NCBI GenBank assembly: GCA_035510735.1
Contig: DATKGN010000012.1
Location: 9,013-73,012, forward strand
Length of the DNA stretch: 64,000 bases
Source: Patescibacteria group bacterium
GTDB lineage: Bacteria > Patescibacteriota > Microgenomatia > UBA10105 > UBA927
Direction of reading: 5' to 3'
The notes beneath the pieces were generated by a model, which made no database searches, was not told the origin of the DNA, and saw only the letters and a program-made list of their open reading frames with translations. This document shows, one piece after another, positions 45,878 through 55,224 of this stretch. Each line of letters opens with the position of its first letter. Within the stretch, counting starts at the first letter, position 1. The position numbers were made by a program, and so were the translations under genes.

Positions 45878-46108
45878 ATGATACGGGCGGGGATACGAAT
45901 TCAAAAAAAGAGGCGCGAGAGGGGTCTAACTGTTCAGCAGCTCGCTTCTTGTATTGGCGTTTCGAGAAGCTACCTTACGCTCATAGAAAACGGTAAGCGG
46001 TCGTTTCCCAAAAAGCTTGTAATTCCTCTTGCGAAATCCCTCAAGCTTTCTAAAAAAGTGGTGTATCAGTGGTTTTTGCAAGATGCCATGGAAGAGTTAC
46101 GCCTGTAG
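45878..46108 (+). CDS. XRE-family HTH transcriptional regulator (76 aa), divergent from the speH-like operon
   Basis: RRERGLTVQQLASCIGVSRSYLTLIENGKRSFPKKLVIPLAKSL is a canonical Cro/C1-type HTH. Confidence 0.65.
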   Translation: MIRAGIRIQKKRRERGLTVQQLASCIGVSRSYLTLIENGKRSFPKKLVIPLAKSLKLSKKVVYQWFLQDAMEELRL

Positions 46109-46194
46109 AATTTTGAGAGCAGTAATCGTGGCAGAGCGACGAGAAACTCCCCGTTCAGCTTCAATTAGTGGTATAATGAACGCTCAATATACTT

Positions 46195-48093
46195 ATGGCA
46201 GAAAAAACTATACAGAAACCAAAACGCCCCGCAAACGGCAAAAAAGTCGGGAAGATGTTTGAATTTAAGTTTGAATTAAATTTTAAAAACATCATTATCG
46301 GATTGTTTATTATTTTCCTCATCTTTTCGCTTATCGGAAGCCTCAACGGACAAAACAGTCTGACGCCCGAAAAGCCATTGTCGACGGTTATAAGTGATGT
46401 AAAGGCGGGAAAAGTTGAACGGATTGACGTTGAGGATACGAAACTTACCGTACAGTACAAAAACGGTGATAAGGTTGTATCCCACAAAGAACCACAGGAA
46501 TCGCTTGTCCGGACGCTTGAAACATCGGGAGCTGATCCGAGTAAAACTGAAATTAATATAAAAGATACGAGTGCCGGTCAATTATGGATAGGGATAATTT
46601 CCAATATTTTGCCTCTCGTCCTCACGGTGCTTTTTTTCCTTTTTCTGTTCCGGCAAGCGCGGGGCGCCCAGGATAATCTTTTCAGTTTCGGTCAAAGCAA
46701 GGCGCGAATATTTCAGAAGGATCTGCCAAAAGTGACATTTGCCGATGTTGCCGGGGTCGATGAGGCAAAAAAAGAATTGGAAGAGGTTGTCGATTTCTTA
46801 AAAAATCCTGCAAAATATAAAGCTCTTGGCGCCCGGACGCCCAAGGGCGTTATCCTTGTCGGCCCCAGCGGAACAGGGAAAACACTCCTTGCCAAGGCGA
46901 TGGCGGGGGAAGCACACACCGCATTTTTCAGTATTGCAGGAAGTGAATTTATGGAGATGCTCGTCGGGGTAGGAGCCGCGAGAGTCCGCGACCTCTTTGC
47001 TAATGCAAAAAAGAGCGCGCCCGCAATCATTTTCATTGATGAAGTTGATGCGATTGGACGCATGCGGAGTGTCGGCATCATGGGGGGTCATGATGAGCGG
47101 GAACAGACGCTCAATCAGATTCTTGTCGAGATGGACGGATTTGAACCGAATACTGCGGTCCTTATCGTTGCCGCAACAAACCGAGGAGATCTTTTAGATC
47201 CCGCACTTCTTAGGCCCGGACGGTTTGACCGTCGGGTTGTATTAGATTTGCCCGATATGGAAGGCCGTAAGGCTATATTGAAGATTCACGCGAGAGGTAA
47301 GCCGTTTGTCATCAATCTCGATTGGGATAAGGTTTCTAAACGGACTGTCGGATTTAGTGGGGCAGATTTGGAAAATATGCTCAATGAGGCCGCGATTTTA
47401 GCCGCCCGCGAGAATAAAAAAGAAATCGATATGAAAGATATCGAAGAGGCGGCAACGAAAGTAAAGCTCGGTCCTGAGAAAAAACGCCTGCAGAGCGATT
47501 TAGACCGGAAAATGACCGCGTATCACGAAGGCGGACATGCGGTCGTCTCGTATTTTAGTCCGAACCTCGATATTGTTCATCGGATTAGTATCGTTTCCCG
47601 TGGTATGGCGCTTGGCTATACACTCGCTCCTCCTGAAAAGGATCGCCTCCATGAAACGAAGTCTCGGCTTATTGAGGAAATTGCCATGACGATGGGTGGG
47701 AGGGCGGCAGAGCAGTTGATTTTCAATGAAATGACGAGCGGTGCGGCCAACGATATCGATCAAGCGACACGGATTGCCCGCTATATGGTAATGGAATTTG
47801 GCATGAGCGATCTTGGACCCATCAACTTCGGTCCTCAGATGGATATCACCGAGTGGGGGAAAAGCATGATGGAGCAAAATCCTGTGTCCCAGGATATGCA
47901 AAGTGCTATCGACCGGGAAGTCAAAAAGTTTTTGGATGAGGGATACCGGAAGGCCGCTGAAATTCTCAAGAAACATCGGAAACAACTTGACCTTATTGCT
48001 GAGGCGCTTATCAAGAAAGAAACAGTCGAAAGTGAAGAGTTTGAAGCACTTATGGGCGGGCCGAAAGAACGGACACTCAGTAACAAACAATAA
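46195..48093 (+). CDS. ftsH: ATP-dependent zinc metalloprotease FtsH
   Basis: Two N-terminal TM helices, AAA Walker A (GPSGTGKT), Walker B (IIFIDEVDA), SRH, and the zinc protease HEGGH motif ([10 protein letters not shown]). A TGgTATAAT extended -10 at 46169-46177 lies upstream. Confidence 0.9.
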   Translation: MAEKTIQKPKRPANGKKVGKMFEFKFELNFKNIIIGLFIIFLIFSLIGSLNGQNSLTPEKPLSTVISDVKAGKVERIDVEDTKLTVQYKNGDKVVSHKEPQESLVRTLETSGADPSKTEINIKDTSAGQLWIGIISNILPLVLTVLFFLFLFRQARGAQDNLFSFGQSKARIFQKDLPKVTFADVAGVDEAKKELEEVVDFLKNPAKYKALGARTPKGVILVGPSGTGKTLLAKAMAGEAHTAFFSIAGSEFMEMLVGVGAARVRDLFANAKKSAPAIIFIDEVDAIGRMRSVGIMGGHDEREQTLNQILVEMDGFEPNTAVLIVAATNRGDLLDPALLRPGRFDRRVVLDLPDMEGRKAILKIHARGKPFVINLDWDKVSKRTVGFSGADLENMLNEAAILAARENKKEIDMKDIEEAATKVKLGPEKKRLQSDLDRKMTAYHEGGHAVVSYFSPNLDIVHRISIVSRGMALGYTLAPPEKDRLHETKSRLIEEIAMTMGGRAAEQLIFNEMTSGAANDIDQATRIARYMVMEFGMSDLGPINFGPQMDITEWGKSMMEQNPVSQDMQSAIDREVKKFLDEGYRKAAEILKKHRKQLDLIAEALIKKETVESEEFEALMGGPKERTLSNKQ

Positions 48094-48157
48094 GTCCACC
48101 TCATCGACTGGTCGCCCGCGAGGCGACAATAACAAAATAATCGAATATAATAGCCCC

Positions 48158-49237
48158 ATGAATCGTTTGGTTCTCATTGACGGAAACGCAGTACTCCACC
48201 GCGCCTTTCACGCCATTCCTCCTTTGACTGCCCCTGACGGGAGTGTGGTAAATGCGGTGTACGGTTTTGCCACAATGCTTCTCCGGCTGTATCACGATTT
48301 GAATCCCACATATATGATTGTGGCGTTTGACCGGCCGAAACCAACCTTTCGGAAAAAAATGTATAAAAAATATCAGGCGACCCGGCCGAAGATGGATGAA
48401 GCGCTCGTCGGACAAATTGAGAAAGTGCATGAACTTGTGAGAGCCTTTGGGATTCCGATCTTTGAAAAAGATGGATTTGAGGCGGACGACGTCATTGGAA
48501 CGCTTTGTAAGAAAGCACTCGGGTCTGTCATCCCGGGCTTGACCCGGGATCCATCTTCTCGTCAAAAACTGGATTCCGGCTCGGAGGCCGAAATGACAAT
48601 ACAGAAAACTGGATTCCGGCTCGGAGGCCGGAATGACAACAAGAATAATATCGATCAGATTATTATTGTGACGGGAGACCGAGATATCCTTCAGCTTGTT
48701 GATGAGACAACATATGTCTATATGCCGACCAAAGGATTATCGGAAGCGAAATTATATAAAGATGCGGACGTAAAAGAACGTATGGGTGTCGCACCCAAAA
48801 AAATTCCGGATTTTAAAGGGCTTGCCGGAGATGCCTCTGATAACTATCCGGGCGTCGAAGGGATTGGACCTAAAACTGCAATTGCGCTTCTTGAGCGATT
48901 CGGTTCCGTCGAGGGAGTTTATATAGCGCTCAAGAAGAAAGACAAACGACTCAAAGAAGTTTCCTCTTCAGTTATTAAAAAACTGGAAGCAGGCAAAAAG
49001 GATGCAGCACTCTCAAAGGATCTCGCAACCATCAGAACTACTGTTGATGTCACGCCAACATTTGATAAGCCGATGACGTCACTTGATACAAAAGAGGCGC
49101 GGAAGTTTTTTGATCACATGCATTTTCACTCATTATTGAAACGCCTGACGAACGGGGGAGCGACTGTTGAAATGAAAAAAACCAAGAAGAGTGAAAAAAC
49201 AAAAGATACGTCTGGCGAACAACAACAGTTATTTTAA
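48158..49237 (+). CDS. stand-alone 5'-3' exonuclease (Pol I N-terminal domain-like, FEN family), interrupted by an in-frame repeat insertion
   Basis: MNRLVLIDGNAVLHRAFHA...AFDRPKPTFRKKMYKKYQATRP...FEADDVIG...IVTGDRDILQL...H3TH region. There is no polymerase domain, and the ORF ends at 49237. The track start at 47903 overlaps the ftsH 3' end. Confidence 0.7.
   Translation: MNRLVLIDGNAVLHRAFHAIPPLTAPDGSVVNAVYGFATMLLRLYHDLNPTYMIVAFDRPKPTFRKKMYKKYQATRPKMDEALVGQIEKVHELVRAFGIPIFEKDGFEADDVIGTLCKKALGSVIPGLTRDPSSRQKLDSGSEAEMTIQKTGFRLGGRNDNKNNIDQIIIVTGDRDILQLVDETTYVYMPTKGLSEAKLYKDADVKERMGVAPKKIPDFKGLAGDASDNYPGVEGIGPKTAIALLERFGSVEGVYIALKKKDKRLKEVSSSVIKKLEAGKKDAALSKDLATIRTTVDVTPTFDKPMTSLDTKEARKFFDHMHFHSLLKRLTNGGATVEMKKTKKSEKTKDTSGEQQQLF
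48526..48650. repeat. composite MITE/REP-like insertion inside the exonuclease CDS: one CTTGA-loop hairpin module plus two tandem ~41-bp 'CTGGATTCCGGCTCGGAGGCCGRAATGACAA' modules
   Basis: 48533-48560 tgtcatcccgggcttgacccgggatcc is near-identical to 58877-58906. 48566-48606 and 48607-48647 are two direct copies. The total of about 126 bp (42 codons) stays in frame, encoding LGSVIPGLTRDPSSRQKLDSGSEAEMTIQKTGFRLGGRNDNKNN between conserved FEN blocks. Confidence 0.6.
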
Positions 49238-49238
49238 T

Positions 49239-49868
49239 ATGCGACGAATTCACTTTTATCACAATACAAAAGATGAAACGCATTGTTATCAGGCGTCTCT
49301 ACGCATGATACTTAAGTATTTTTTGCCTCACGAAAATTTTACCTTTAAACAACTTGACGTAATGACGGGTAAGAAAGAGGGTTTGTGGTCATGGATAATG
49401 CAGGGTGCTATTGCGCTTAAGAAAAGAGGGTTTGAGATAAAAGATATTGAGTCGTTCGATTACAAATCATTTTTGCATAGTCCTAAAGAATACCTACATA
49501 CTCTGGCAAGCAAAGATGTCGTGGATACGTGGATTCAATACAGTGATATCGAGGCGGAAAAACGTAATGCAGAGAAATTTATTAAAGAAGTTGAATTTGA
49601 AAAACGACAGCCGCATTATAGAGATATTATTGATTTATTGGGTAAGAAATATCTTCTGATATGCAATATAAATATAAAAACCCTCAACCGTAAAATGGGG
49701 TACGCCGGACATTTCGTTCTTATATTTCGTGCAACTGAGCATACTATTTGGCTTCACGATCCGGGACTTCCACCGAGAAAAAAAAGAAGGGTAACTCGGA
49801 GAGTATTTGAAGAGGCTTGGGCATATCCTAATGAGAAAGCGAAAAATATCGTTGCGTTTAAGAGATAG
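49239..49868 (+). CDS. stand-alone peptidase C39-like (papain-fold, BtrH/DUF3335-like) domain protein
   Basis: ETHCYQASLRMILKYF (Cys box), ...GHFVLIF...HDPG (His/Asp region). ATG at 49239, 2 nt after the exonuclease stop. Confidence 0.45.
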   Translation: MRRIHFYHNTKDETHCYQASLRMILKYFLPHENFTFKQLDVMTGKKEGLWSWIMQGAIALKKRGFEIKDIESFDYKSFLHSPKEYLHTLASKDVVDTWIQYSDIEAEKRNAEKFIKEVEFEKRQPHYRDIIDLLGKKYLLICNINIKTLNRKMGYAGHFVLIFRATEHTIWLHDPGLPPRKKRRVTRRVFEEAWAYPNEKAKNIVAFKR

Positions 49869-49971
49869 ATATGAAAATCGCAATTGTACATGACCCCAAA
49901 CCGTGCTTGCTTGCTCGCAGGGGCTACGTCCCTGCCTCGCAAGAGCGCAGTTTCGGGGCAAGTTTTTTACT

Positions 49972-51285
49972 ATGAAAATTGCTTTAGTACACGATTTCCT
50001 TCGTGAGTATGGGGGTGCAGAGAGGGTTGTAGAAGCCTTGCATGAACTGTGGCCGGAAGCCCCTCTTTATACAGCATTTGTCGATTGGGAAGCGCTCGGA
50101 AGCCATGCCTACCGGTTTAAAAATTGGGACATCCGTCCGAGTTGGGTGCAGCATAACTGGCTGGTTAAAAAATTCCATTCGCCTTTACGGTTTTTGGCAC
50201 CTGATGTGTGGGGAAGTTTTGATCTTTCAGGCTACGATGTGGTTATCTCAAGCAGCGGTTGGTTTATGTGCCGGGGAGTAAATACTGGACGCGCGAAGGT
50301 CAGTGTGCCGTGGTTCTCGCGCCGTCAAGGTCCAGATCTTTTTTCCCTCCATGATCGTACAACTGCCAAGGCTGTGACGGCGCTCAAAACGACACACCTC
50401 CCCGCATATCGTCATGGGCCTCTTCATATTTGTTATATTCATCACCCTCCGCGCAATCTCTACGGATATGCGACCGGAAGCAATCTTCAAAAATATTGGC
50501 CGGTACGTGTATATACAACGATTATTAATTTTTTCCTCCGGCATTATGATTTCGCGACCGCGCAGAAGGTGGACTATTTTGTCGCCAACTCCAAAGAAAC
50601 GGCTAAAAGGGTCACAAAGTTTTATCGAAGAGATTCGACAGTTATTTATCCGCCAGTCGATGTGAGCGTAACAAGCGACAAACAACATGCAACAAGTCAG
50701 AAACAAAACATGTCGCATGTCCCTGGTCACATGTCTCAATCAGATTATTTTCTTAGCGTTGGCCGGTTAACATATTCCAAGCGAATTGATCTGGCAATTA
50801 TTGCATGCAATAAGCTTAAACTTCCGTTAAAAATCGTCGGGAAGGGGAAAGAGGAAACGTATTTACGTTCGATTGCGGCCCGTCCGCCATCGGCTGACGC
50901 CGAAGGCGCTGCCGGGTGGAGCCCGACTATAGAATTTATCGGCGGCGTATCAGATGCGGAATTATCAAAACTTTATGCCGGTGCAAGAGGATTTATATTC
51001 TGTGCTCTTGATGAGGATTTCGGTATGGTTCCGGTTGAGTCGATGGCACATGGCGTTCCGGTTATTGCGCTGGGGCAGGGAGGCGTGTTGGAAACTGTTA
51101 TCGACGGGAAAACAGGAGTGCTATTTAAAGACGCAACAACCGAAAGTCTTGAAACAGCCCTTAAAAAATTCATGCGTATGAAAAAAGATTGGTCGAGAGA
51201 CTGTGTCGCACAGGCAAAGAAATTCAGTAAGGAGAATTTTCAAAATGCATTTAAGAAATTCGTGGATGATAAATTTTTTGAGTAA
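49972..51285 (+). CDS. glycosyltransferase family 4 (GT-B fold) with GC-rich in-frame insertions
   Basis: MKIALVHDFLREYGGAERVVEAL... and the C-terminal E-x7-E region (FGMVPVESMAHGVPVIALGQGGVLETVIDGKTG). The segments 50281-50400 and 50880-50925 are GC-rich and hairpin-containing (GCGCGAAGG..., ACGCCGAAGGCGCT) and add about 40 and about 12 residues between conserved blocks. The track start at 49903 is an upstream extension. Confidence 0.7.
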   Translation: MKIALVHDFLREYGGAERVVEALHELWPEAPLYTAFVDWEALGSHAYRFKNWDIRPSWVQHNWLVKKFHSPLRFLAPDVWGSFDLSGYDVVISSSGWFMCRGVNTGRAKVSVPWFSRRQGPDLFSLHDRTTAKAVTALKTTHLPAYRHGPLHICYIHHPPRNLYGYATGSNLQKYWPVRVYTTIINFFLRHYDFATAQKVDYFVANSKETAKRVTKFYRRDSTVIYPPVDVSVTSDKQHATSQKQNMSHVPGHMSQSDYFLSVGRLTYSKRIDLAIIACNKLKLPLKIVGKGKEETYLRSIAARPPSADAEGAAGWSPTIEFIGGVSDAELSKLYAGARGFIFCALDEDFGMVPVESMAHGVPVIALGQGGVLETVIDGKTGVLFKDATTESLETALKKFMRMKKDWSRDCVAQAKKFSKENFQNAFKKFVDDKFFE

Positions 51286-51298
51286 ACAAGCTCCAAAT

Positions 51299-51508
51299 AT
51301 GAACAATCCAGAACAGATTATCATTCCAAAGAGTGCAATGATTAATTTGAGTCATCACGAGGACGATGATGTATTCATTGTAGAAACCCCTATCATAGCA
51401 ATTCCTGTTGGCAAGTTAGAGAATGGAGGAATTCCCGTGCGAATCCCCAGCTTGGATCCAGAACGGACATATTATTACCACCAACCAGAGAAAAGCGCCA
51501 CAGAGTAG
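51299..51508 (+). CDS. small hypothetical protein (69 aa) upstream of the ABC transporter
   Basis: MNNPEQIIIPKSAMINLSHHEDDDVFIVETPIIAIPVGKLENGGIPVRIPSLDPERTYYYHQPEKSATE; weak evidence for coding. Contains an internal Gly-Gly after an acidic/hydrophobic stretch. Confidence 0.25.
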   Translation: MNNPEQIIIPKSAMINLSHHEDDDVFIVETPIIAIPVGKLENGGIPVRIPSLDPERTYYYHQPEKSATE

Positions 51509-51522
51509 CGTATAATTCACTT

Positions 51523-53328
51523 ATGGCGGCCCCAGTTCTTGAAGTTTCAGGACTTACGAAGCAGTACGGCGATTTTGTTGCCGTTAACCACATATCTTTT
51601 GGCGTGAAGGAGGGGGAAATTGTAGGACTTTTGGGTCCGAATGGAGCCGGGAAAACAACGACAATTCAGATGCTGTTGGGTTTAACAAAACCATCAAACG
51701 GAATTGTCCGATTTTTCGGTCATGATCTTGAATCCCATCATGAAGAAATCATGGAACGCATCAACTACGTCTCCGCGTATTCTGAAATGCAGTCGAGAGT
51801 TACGGTGAAAGAGAGTCTGGAAGTGTTTGCAGGTCTGTATGCGGTAACAAATAGTAAAAAGAAAATTGACGACGTCGTTGAGCTTTTGGGTATTTCTCAT
51901 AAAATGAACTCGCTCTACTGGTATCTCTCCTCAGGCGAAAAAGCACGGGTGAATATGGCCAAAGCCCTCCTTAATAATCCGGAGCTCATCCTCATGGATG
52001 AGCCGACTGCGAGCTTAGATCCGGAAATCGTCAATACCATACTTAATCTCATTGCCAATATGCGTAAAACCGAGCGGATTGCGATACTTTACACGAGCCA
52101 CAATATGAGTGAAGTGAGTCGGCTTTGTGACCGCGTTATTTTCCTCCATCATGGGGCTATTATTGCGACGGATACGCCGTTAGGATTATCCAGGCGCGTC
52201 GGAGTCGCGACACTACGGCTGACATTTGATAAGGACCTTCGGCCCGTGACGAAATACCTTCTCACTGAAAAATACGAATATACTATGGTGAATCCGCATA
52301 TGGTGTTGGTGTCGCTTGATGAAAAGGAAATTCCGAAAGTATTATTCGGTCTTAAAAACGCGGGAGTTTGGATTACCGACATCGAAATCGAAAAACCGGA
52401 TCTTGAAGACGTGTTTTTGGCTGTTGCCAAGGGAGGCGCTGCCGCACTCGACAATAACATTGTTGATGTTTCAGACGTCGATGCGACACAAGGGTCTGTA
52501 TTTCTCAATACCTCTGACGGCATTGAGAAACGGTCTCTACGCATGCGTTGGCACAGGGTTAAAATCATCGTTTTTTATGCCTGGCACCACCTGAGTCACA
52601 GTGTGGAAACGTGGATGGATATCTTTTGGTTTCCCATGATCCAGGCGTTTGTTTTCGGCGGCGTTGCGGTATTTTTTTCCCGTATAAGCGGTGGATCATC
52701 CGGAATATTTGTCGTTATGGGCATTATTCTCTGGTATGCGATGGAGGCGGGGACTTATTCCATAACCGTCGGTACGCTTTGGGAGGTTTGGGCCCACAGT
52801 TTCAGCAGTTTATTTGTGAGCCCCTTAACCATCGAAGAGTTTGTTGTAGGACATATGCTATTCGGATTGTTTAAGCAGGTCAGCACTGTGGCTATTCTAT
52901 CCATCGTCGGATATCTGACATTTCATTTTTCTATATTTTCTGTCGGCATGACACTTCCCGTGCATTTGCTCCTTCTTATCATCTTCGGCAATGCGGTCGG
53001 CATGTTTACTTTGGGGATGATATTACGGCTTGGTACCAGGCTCCAGTCGCTTGCGTGGGGGTTTATTTATATTATTCAGCCGATTGTCGGAGTTTTTTAT
53101 CCGGTATCGGTTCTTCCATCAGTCGTTCAGAAGATCGCCTATGCATTGCCGCCGACGTATATTTTTGAATCAGCGCGTGCTGCAGTTCTGACCGGCAGTC
53201 CGATTTGGAATAATCTTGAGATCGCAGGTGTGCTAAATATTGCCTATTTTGTCCTTTCCTATCTCTTTATGAAAGATATGTGGGAATGGGCGCGAAGGAC
53301 CGGAGCGCTTGCGAGGATGGAAGAGTGA
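51523..53328 (+). CDS. ABC transporter, fused ATP-binding domain + ABC-2 type permease
   Basis: Walker A (GPNGAGKTT), ABC signature (LSSGEKARV), Walker B (ILMDEPTASLD), H-loop (TSHNM); a C-terminal 6-TM ABC-2-like permease. Confidence 0.75.
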   Translation: MAAPVLEVSGLTKQYGDFVAVNHISFGVKEGEIVGLLGPNGAGKTTTIQMLLGLTKPSNGIVRFFGHDLESHHEEIMERINYVSAYSEMQSRVTVKESLEVFAGLYAVTNSKKKIDDVVELLGISHKMNSLYWYLSSGEKARVNMAKALLNNPELILMDEPTASLDPEIVNTILNLIANMRKTERIAILYTSHNMSEVSRLCDRVIFLHHGAIIATDTPLGLSRRVGVATLRLTFDKDLRPVTKYLLTEKYEYTMVNPHMVLVSLDEKEIPKVLFGLKNAGVWITDIEIEKPDLEDVFLAVAKGGAAALDNNIVDVSDVDATQGSVFLNTSDGIEKRSLRMRWHRVKIIVFYAWHHLSHSVETWMDIFWFPMIQAFVFGGVAVFFSRISGGSSGIFVVMGIILWYAMEAGTYSITVGTLWEVWAHSFSSLFVSPLTIEEFVVGHMLFGLFKQVSTVAILSIVGYLTFHFSIFSVGMTLPVHLLLLIIFGNAVGMFTLGMILRLGTRLQSLAWGFIYIIQPIVGVFYPVSVLPSVVQKIAYALPPTYIFESARAAVLTGSPIWNNLEIAGVLNIAYFVLSYLFMKDMWEWARRTGALARMEE

Positions 53329-53351
53329 CATGACAAAGATTGCATTTTTGT

Positions 53352-53379
53352 TTGACAAATCAGGAAATTTTGCTAATAT
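53352..53379 (+). promoter_or_regulatory. sigma70-like promoter (TTGACA - 16 nt - TAATAT) upstream of the UMP kinase-like gene
   Basis: TTGACA at 53352-53357 and TAATAT at 53374-53379. Confidence 0.45.
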
Positions 53380-53421
53380 ATAGAGAACGCGTCAAATGGC
53401 GCGTTTTTGTAGCATAAACGA

Positions 53422-54126
53422 ATGACTAATAACGGAAATGTTTTTGTTCTCTCCCTCGGCGGATCACTCGTTGTCCCCAACGGTGGTATTGATACTAAAT
53501 TCCTTTGCGACTTCAACGCATTCATACGAGACCAAATCTCCTCCAAAAAGAGGAGATTTTTTATTACGGTGGGCGGAGGCGGGACAACAAGACACTATCA
53601 GAAAGCAGCTTCAGAAGTGCGGAGGGAACAGGTTGATGATATTGATTTGGATTGGCTTGGACTTCATGCAACGCGGCTCAATGCTCAACTCATCAGAACC
53701 ATTTTCCGTGATATCGCTGACCAACGGGTCATAAAACACTATGAGGTCATACTCAAGATTGATAGACCGGTGGCAATAGCAGCCGGATGGAAACCGGGAT
53801 GGAGCACGGATTACTGTGCAGTCACGATTTGTCAGGACTACAACATTCCCTCCCTCATTAACCTCACTAATATCGACCACGTTTACGACAGCGACCCGAG
53901 AACAAATCCCAAAGCAAAAGCCCTCAAAGACATCTCCTGGAAAAAATACAGGGGTATGATCGGGGATAAATGGGTTCCCGGAATGAATGCGCCGTTTGAT
54001 CCTGTGGCCTCTAAATTAGCGGAAGATCTTGAAGTGACTGTAAAAATTCTTGACGGGAAAAATCTTCGCAATCTTGCATCAGCCCTCGATGATAAATCCT
54101 TTACCGGCACGATCATCCATACGTAG
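53422..54126 (+). CDS. pyrH: amino-acid kinase family protein, probably archaeal-type UMP kinase
   Basis: VLSLGGSLVVPNGGID...ITVGGGGTTR...C-terminal GTIIH resembles archaeal PyrH (GGSVL...VVGGG...GTTI) rather than the longer bacterial form; 234 aa. Confidence 0.5.
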   Translation: MTNNGNVFVLSLGGSLVVPNGGIDTKFLCDFNAFIRDQISSKKRRFFITVGGGGTTRHYQKAASEVRREQVDDIDLDWLGLHATRLNAQLIRTIFRDIADQRVIKHYEVILKIDRPVAIAAGWKPGWSTDYCAVTICQDYNIPSLINLTNIDHVYDSDPRTNPKAKALKDISWKKYRGMIGDKWVPGMNAPFDPVASKLAEDLEVTVKILDGKNLRNLASALDDKSFTGTIIHT

Positions 54127-54146
54127 TCGTGTGGTAGAATAGGCCG

Positions 54147-55220
54147 ATGATTCTTGATGCGCTCACTCTTCAACAATTTCGAAGCTACGCAAAGCAAACA
54201 TTTACGTTTTCTCCTCATGCAACTCTTATTGTCGGTGTGAACACAGCGGGGAAGACGAATATTTTGGAAGCTATTTATTTTATTGCGACCGGAAAAAGTT
54301 TTCGCGCCGACCAGGATCGCGAGGCGATCAGATGGGGGCAGGATTTGGGCAGGATAAAAGGATTGGTAGGAGAGACAAAATTAGAAATCGTCATGACTGG
54401 AAGTATGTTAACCGGTGAGTCTGCGCCTTCAAAACGATATTTCGTAAACGGGGTAGCGAGACGTCTCATTGATTTTATCGGCAATTTTCGCGCGGTACTT
54501 TTTTGGCCGGAACACCTTGAACTTATTACCGACAGCCCGAGTACGCGGAGAAAATATTTGGATAGTGTGCTCATCCAGGTTGACCGGGAATACAGAAGAA
54601 ATCTATTATCCTATGAACGGGGATTGCGGCAAAGAAATAAATTATTGGATATTATTTTCGAAGGGAAAGCGTCGAGGAGTCAGCTCGTCTTTTGGAATCA
54701 GCTTCTTATAAAATCAGGGGGCTACCTGACGGAAGCACGCGCAACCTATATTGCATTTATCAACGCGTCGTATATCGCCGGCGCGTCGTACCGTATTATT
54801 TATGACAAAAGTGTGATATCTGAGTCCCGGTTGGTTCAATACGCCGATGAAGAGATATCCGCAAAGGCGACACTCGTCGGACCGCACAGGGATGATATTA
54901 TATTTCAAAAGCCGGAGCGGAAAGGCGAGTGGATAGATTTGAGTAAATACGGAAGCCGCGGTGAACAACGGCTCGCAATTTTATGGTTAAAACTCGCTGA
55001 AGTTTCATATGTGGAAGAGCGGGTAGGTGAGCGTCCGACGCTTCTTCTTGATGATATTTTTTCGGAGTTGGATTCTGCCCACAGGAGACTGGTCATGGAT
55101 CTTATCGGGAAACAGCAAACCATTATTACAACGGCAGAGCCAGAGGTGACCGCCCTTATGAAACGGGAATATCCACGAATAGGTGTTATATCTCTTGATG
55201 ATAGAACTGTTGTAAAATAA
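54147..55220 (+). CDS. recF: DNA replication and repair protein RecF
   Basis: MILDALTLQQFRSYAKQTFTFSPHATLIVGVNTAGKTNILEAIYFIATGKSFRA (Walker A), and a C-terminal signature/D-loop (LLLDDIFSELD). Confidence 0.8.
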   Translation: MILDALTLQQFRSYAKQTFTFSPHATLIVGVNTAGKTNILEAIYFIATGKSFRADQDREAIRWGQDLGRIKGLVGETKLEIVMTGSMLTGESAPSKRYFVNGVARRLIDFIGNFRAVLFWPEHLELITDSPSTRRKYLDSVLIQVDREYRRNLLSYERGLRQRNKLLDIIFEGKASRSQLVFWNQLLIKSGGYLTEARATYIAFINASYIAGASYRIIYDKSVISESRLVQYADEEISAKATLVGPHRDDIIFQKPERKGEWIDLSKYGSRGEQRLAILWLKLAEVSYVEERVGERPTLLLDDIFSELDSAHRRLVMDLIGKQQTIITTAEPEVTALMKREYPRIGVISLDDRTVVK

Positions 55221-55224
55221 CCTT

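Noticed and set aside
46713-48177. Antisense ORFs of 97-225 aa within ftsH and the exonuclease gene (for example 46713-47081 -, 47500-48177 -)
   Set aside because: They are entirely embedded opposite strongly supported genes (ftsH with all AAA and HEGGH motifs), a typical artefact of GC-rich codon third positions.
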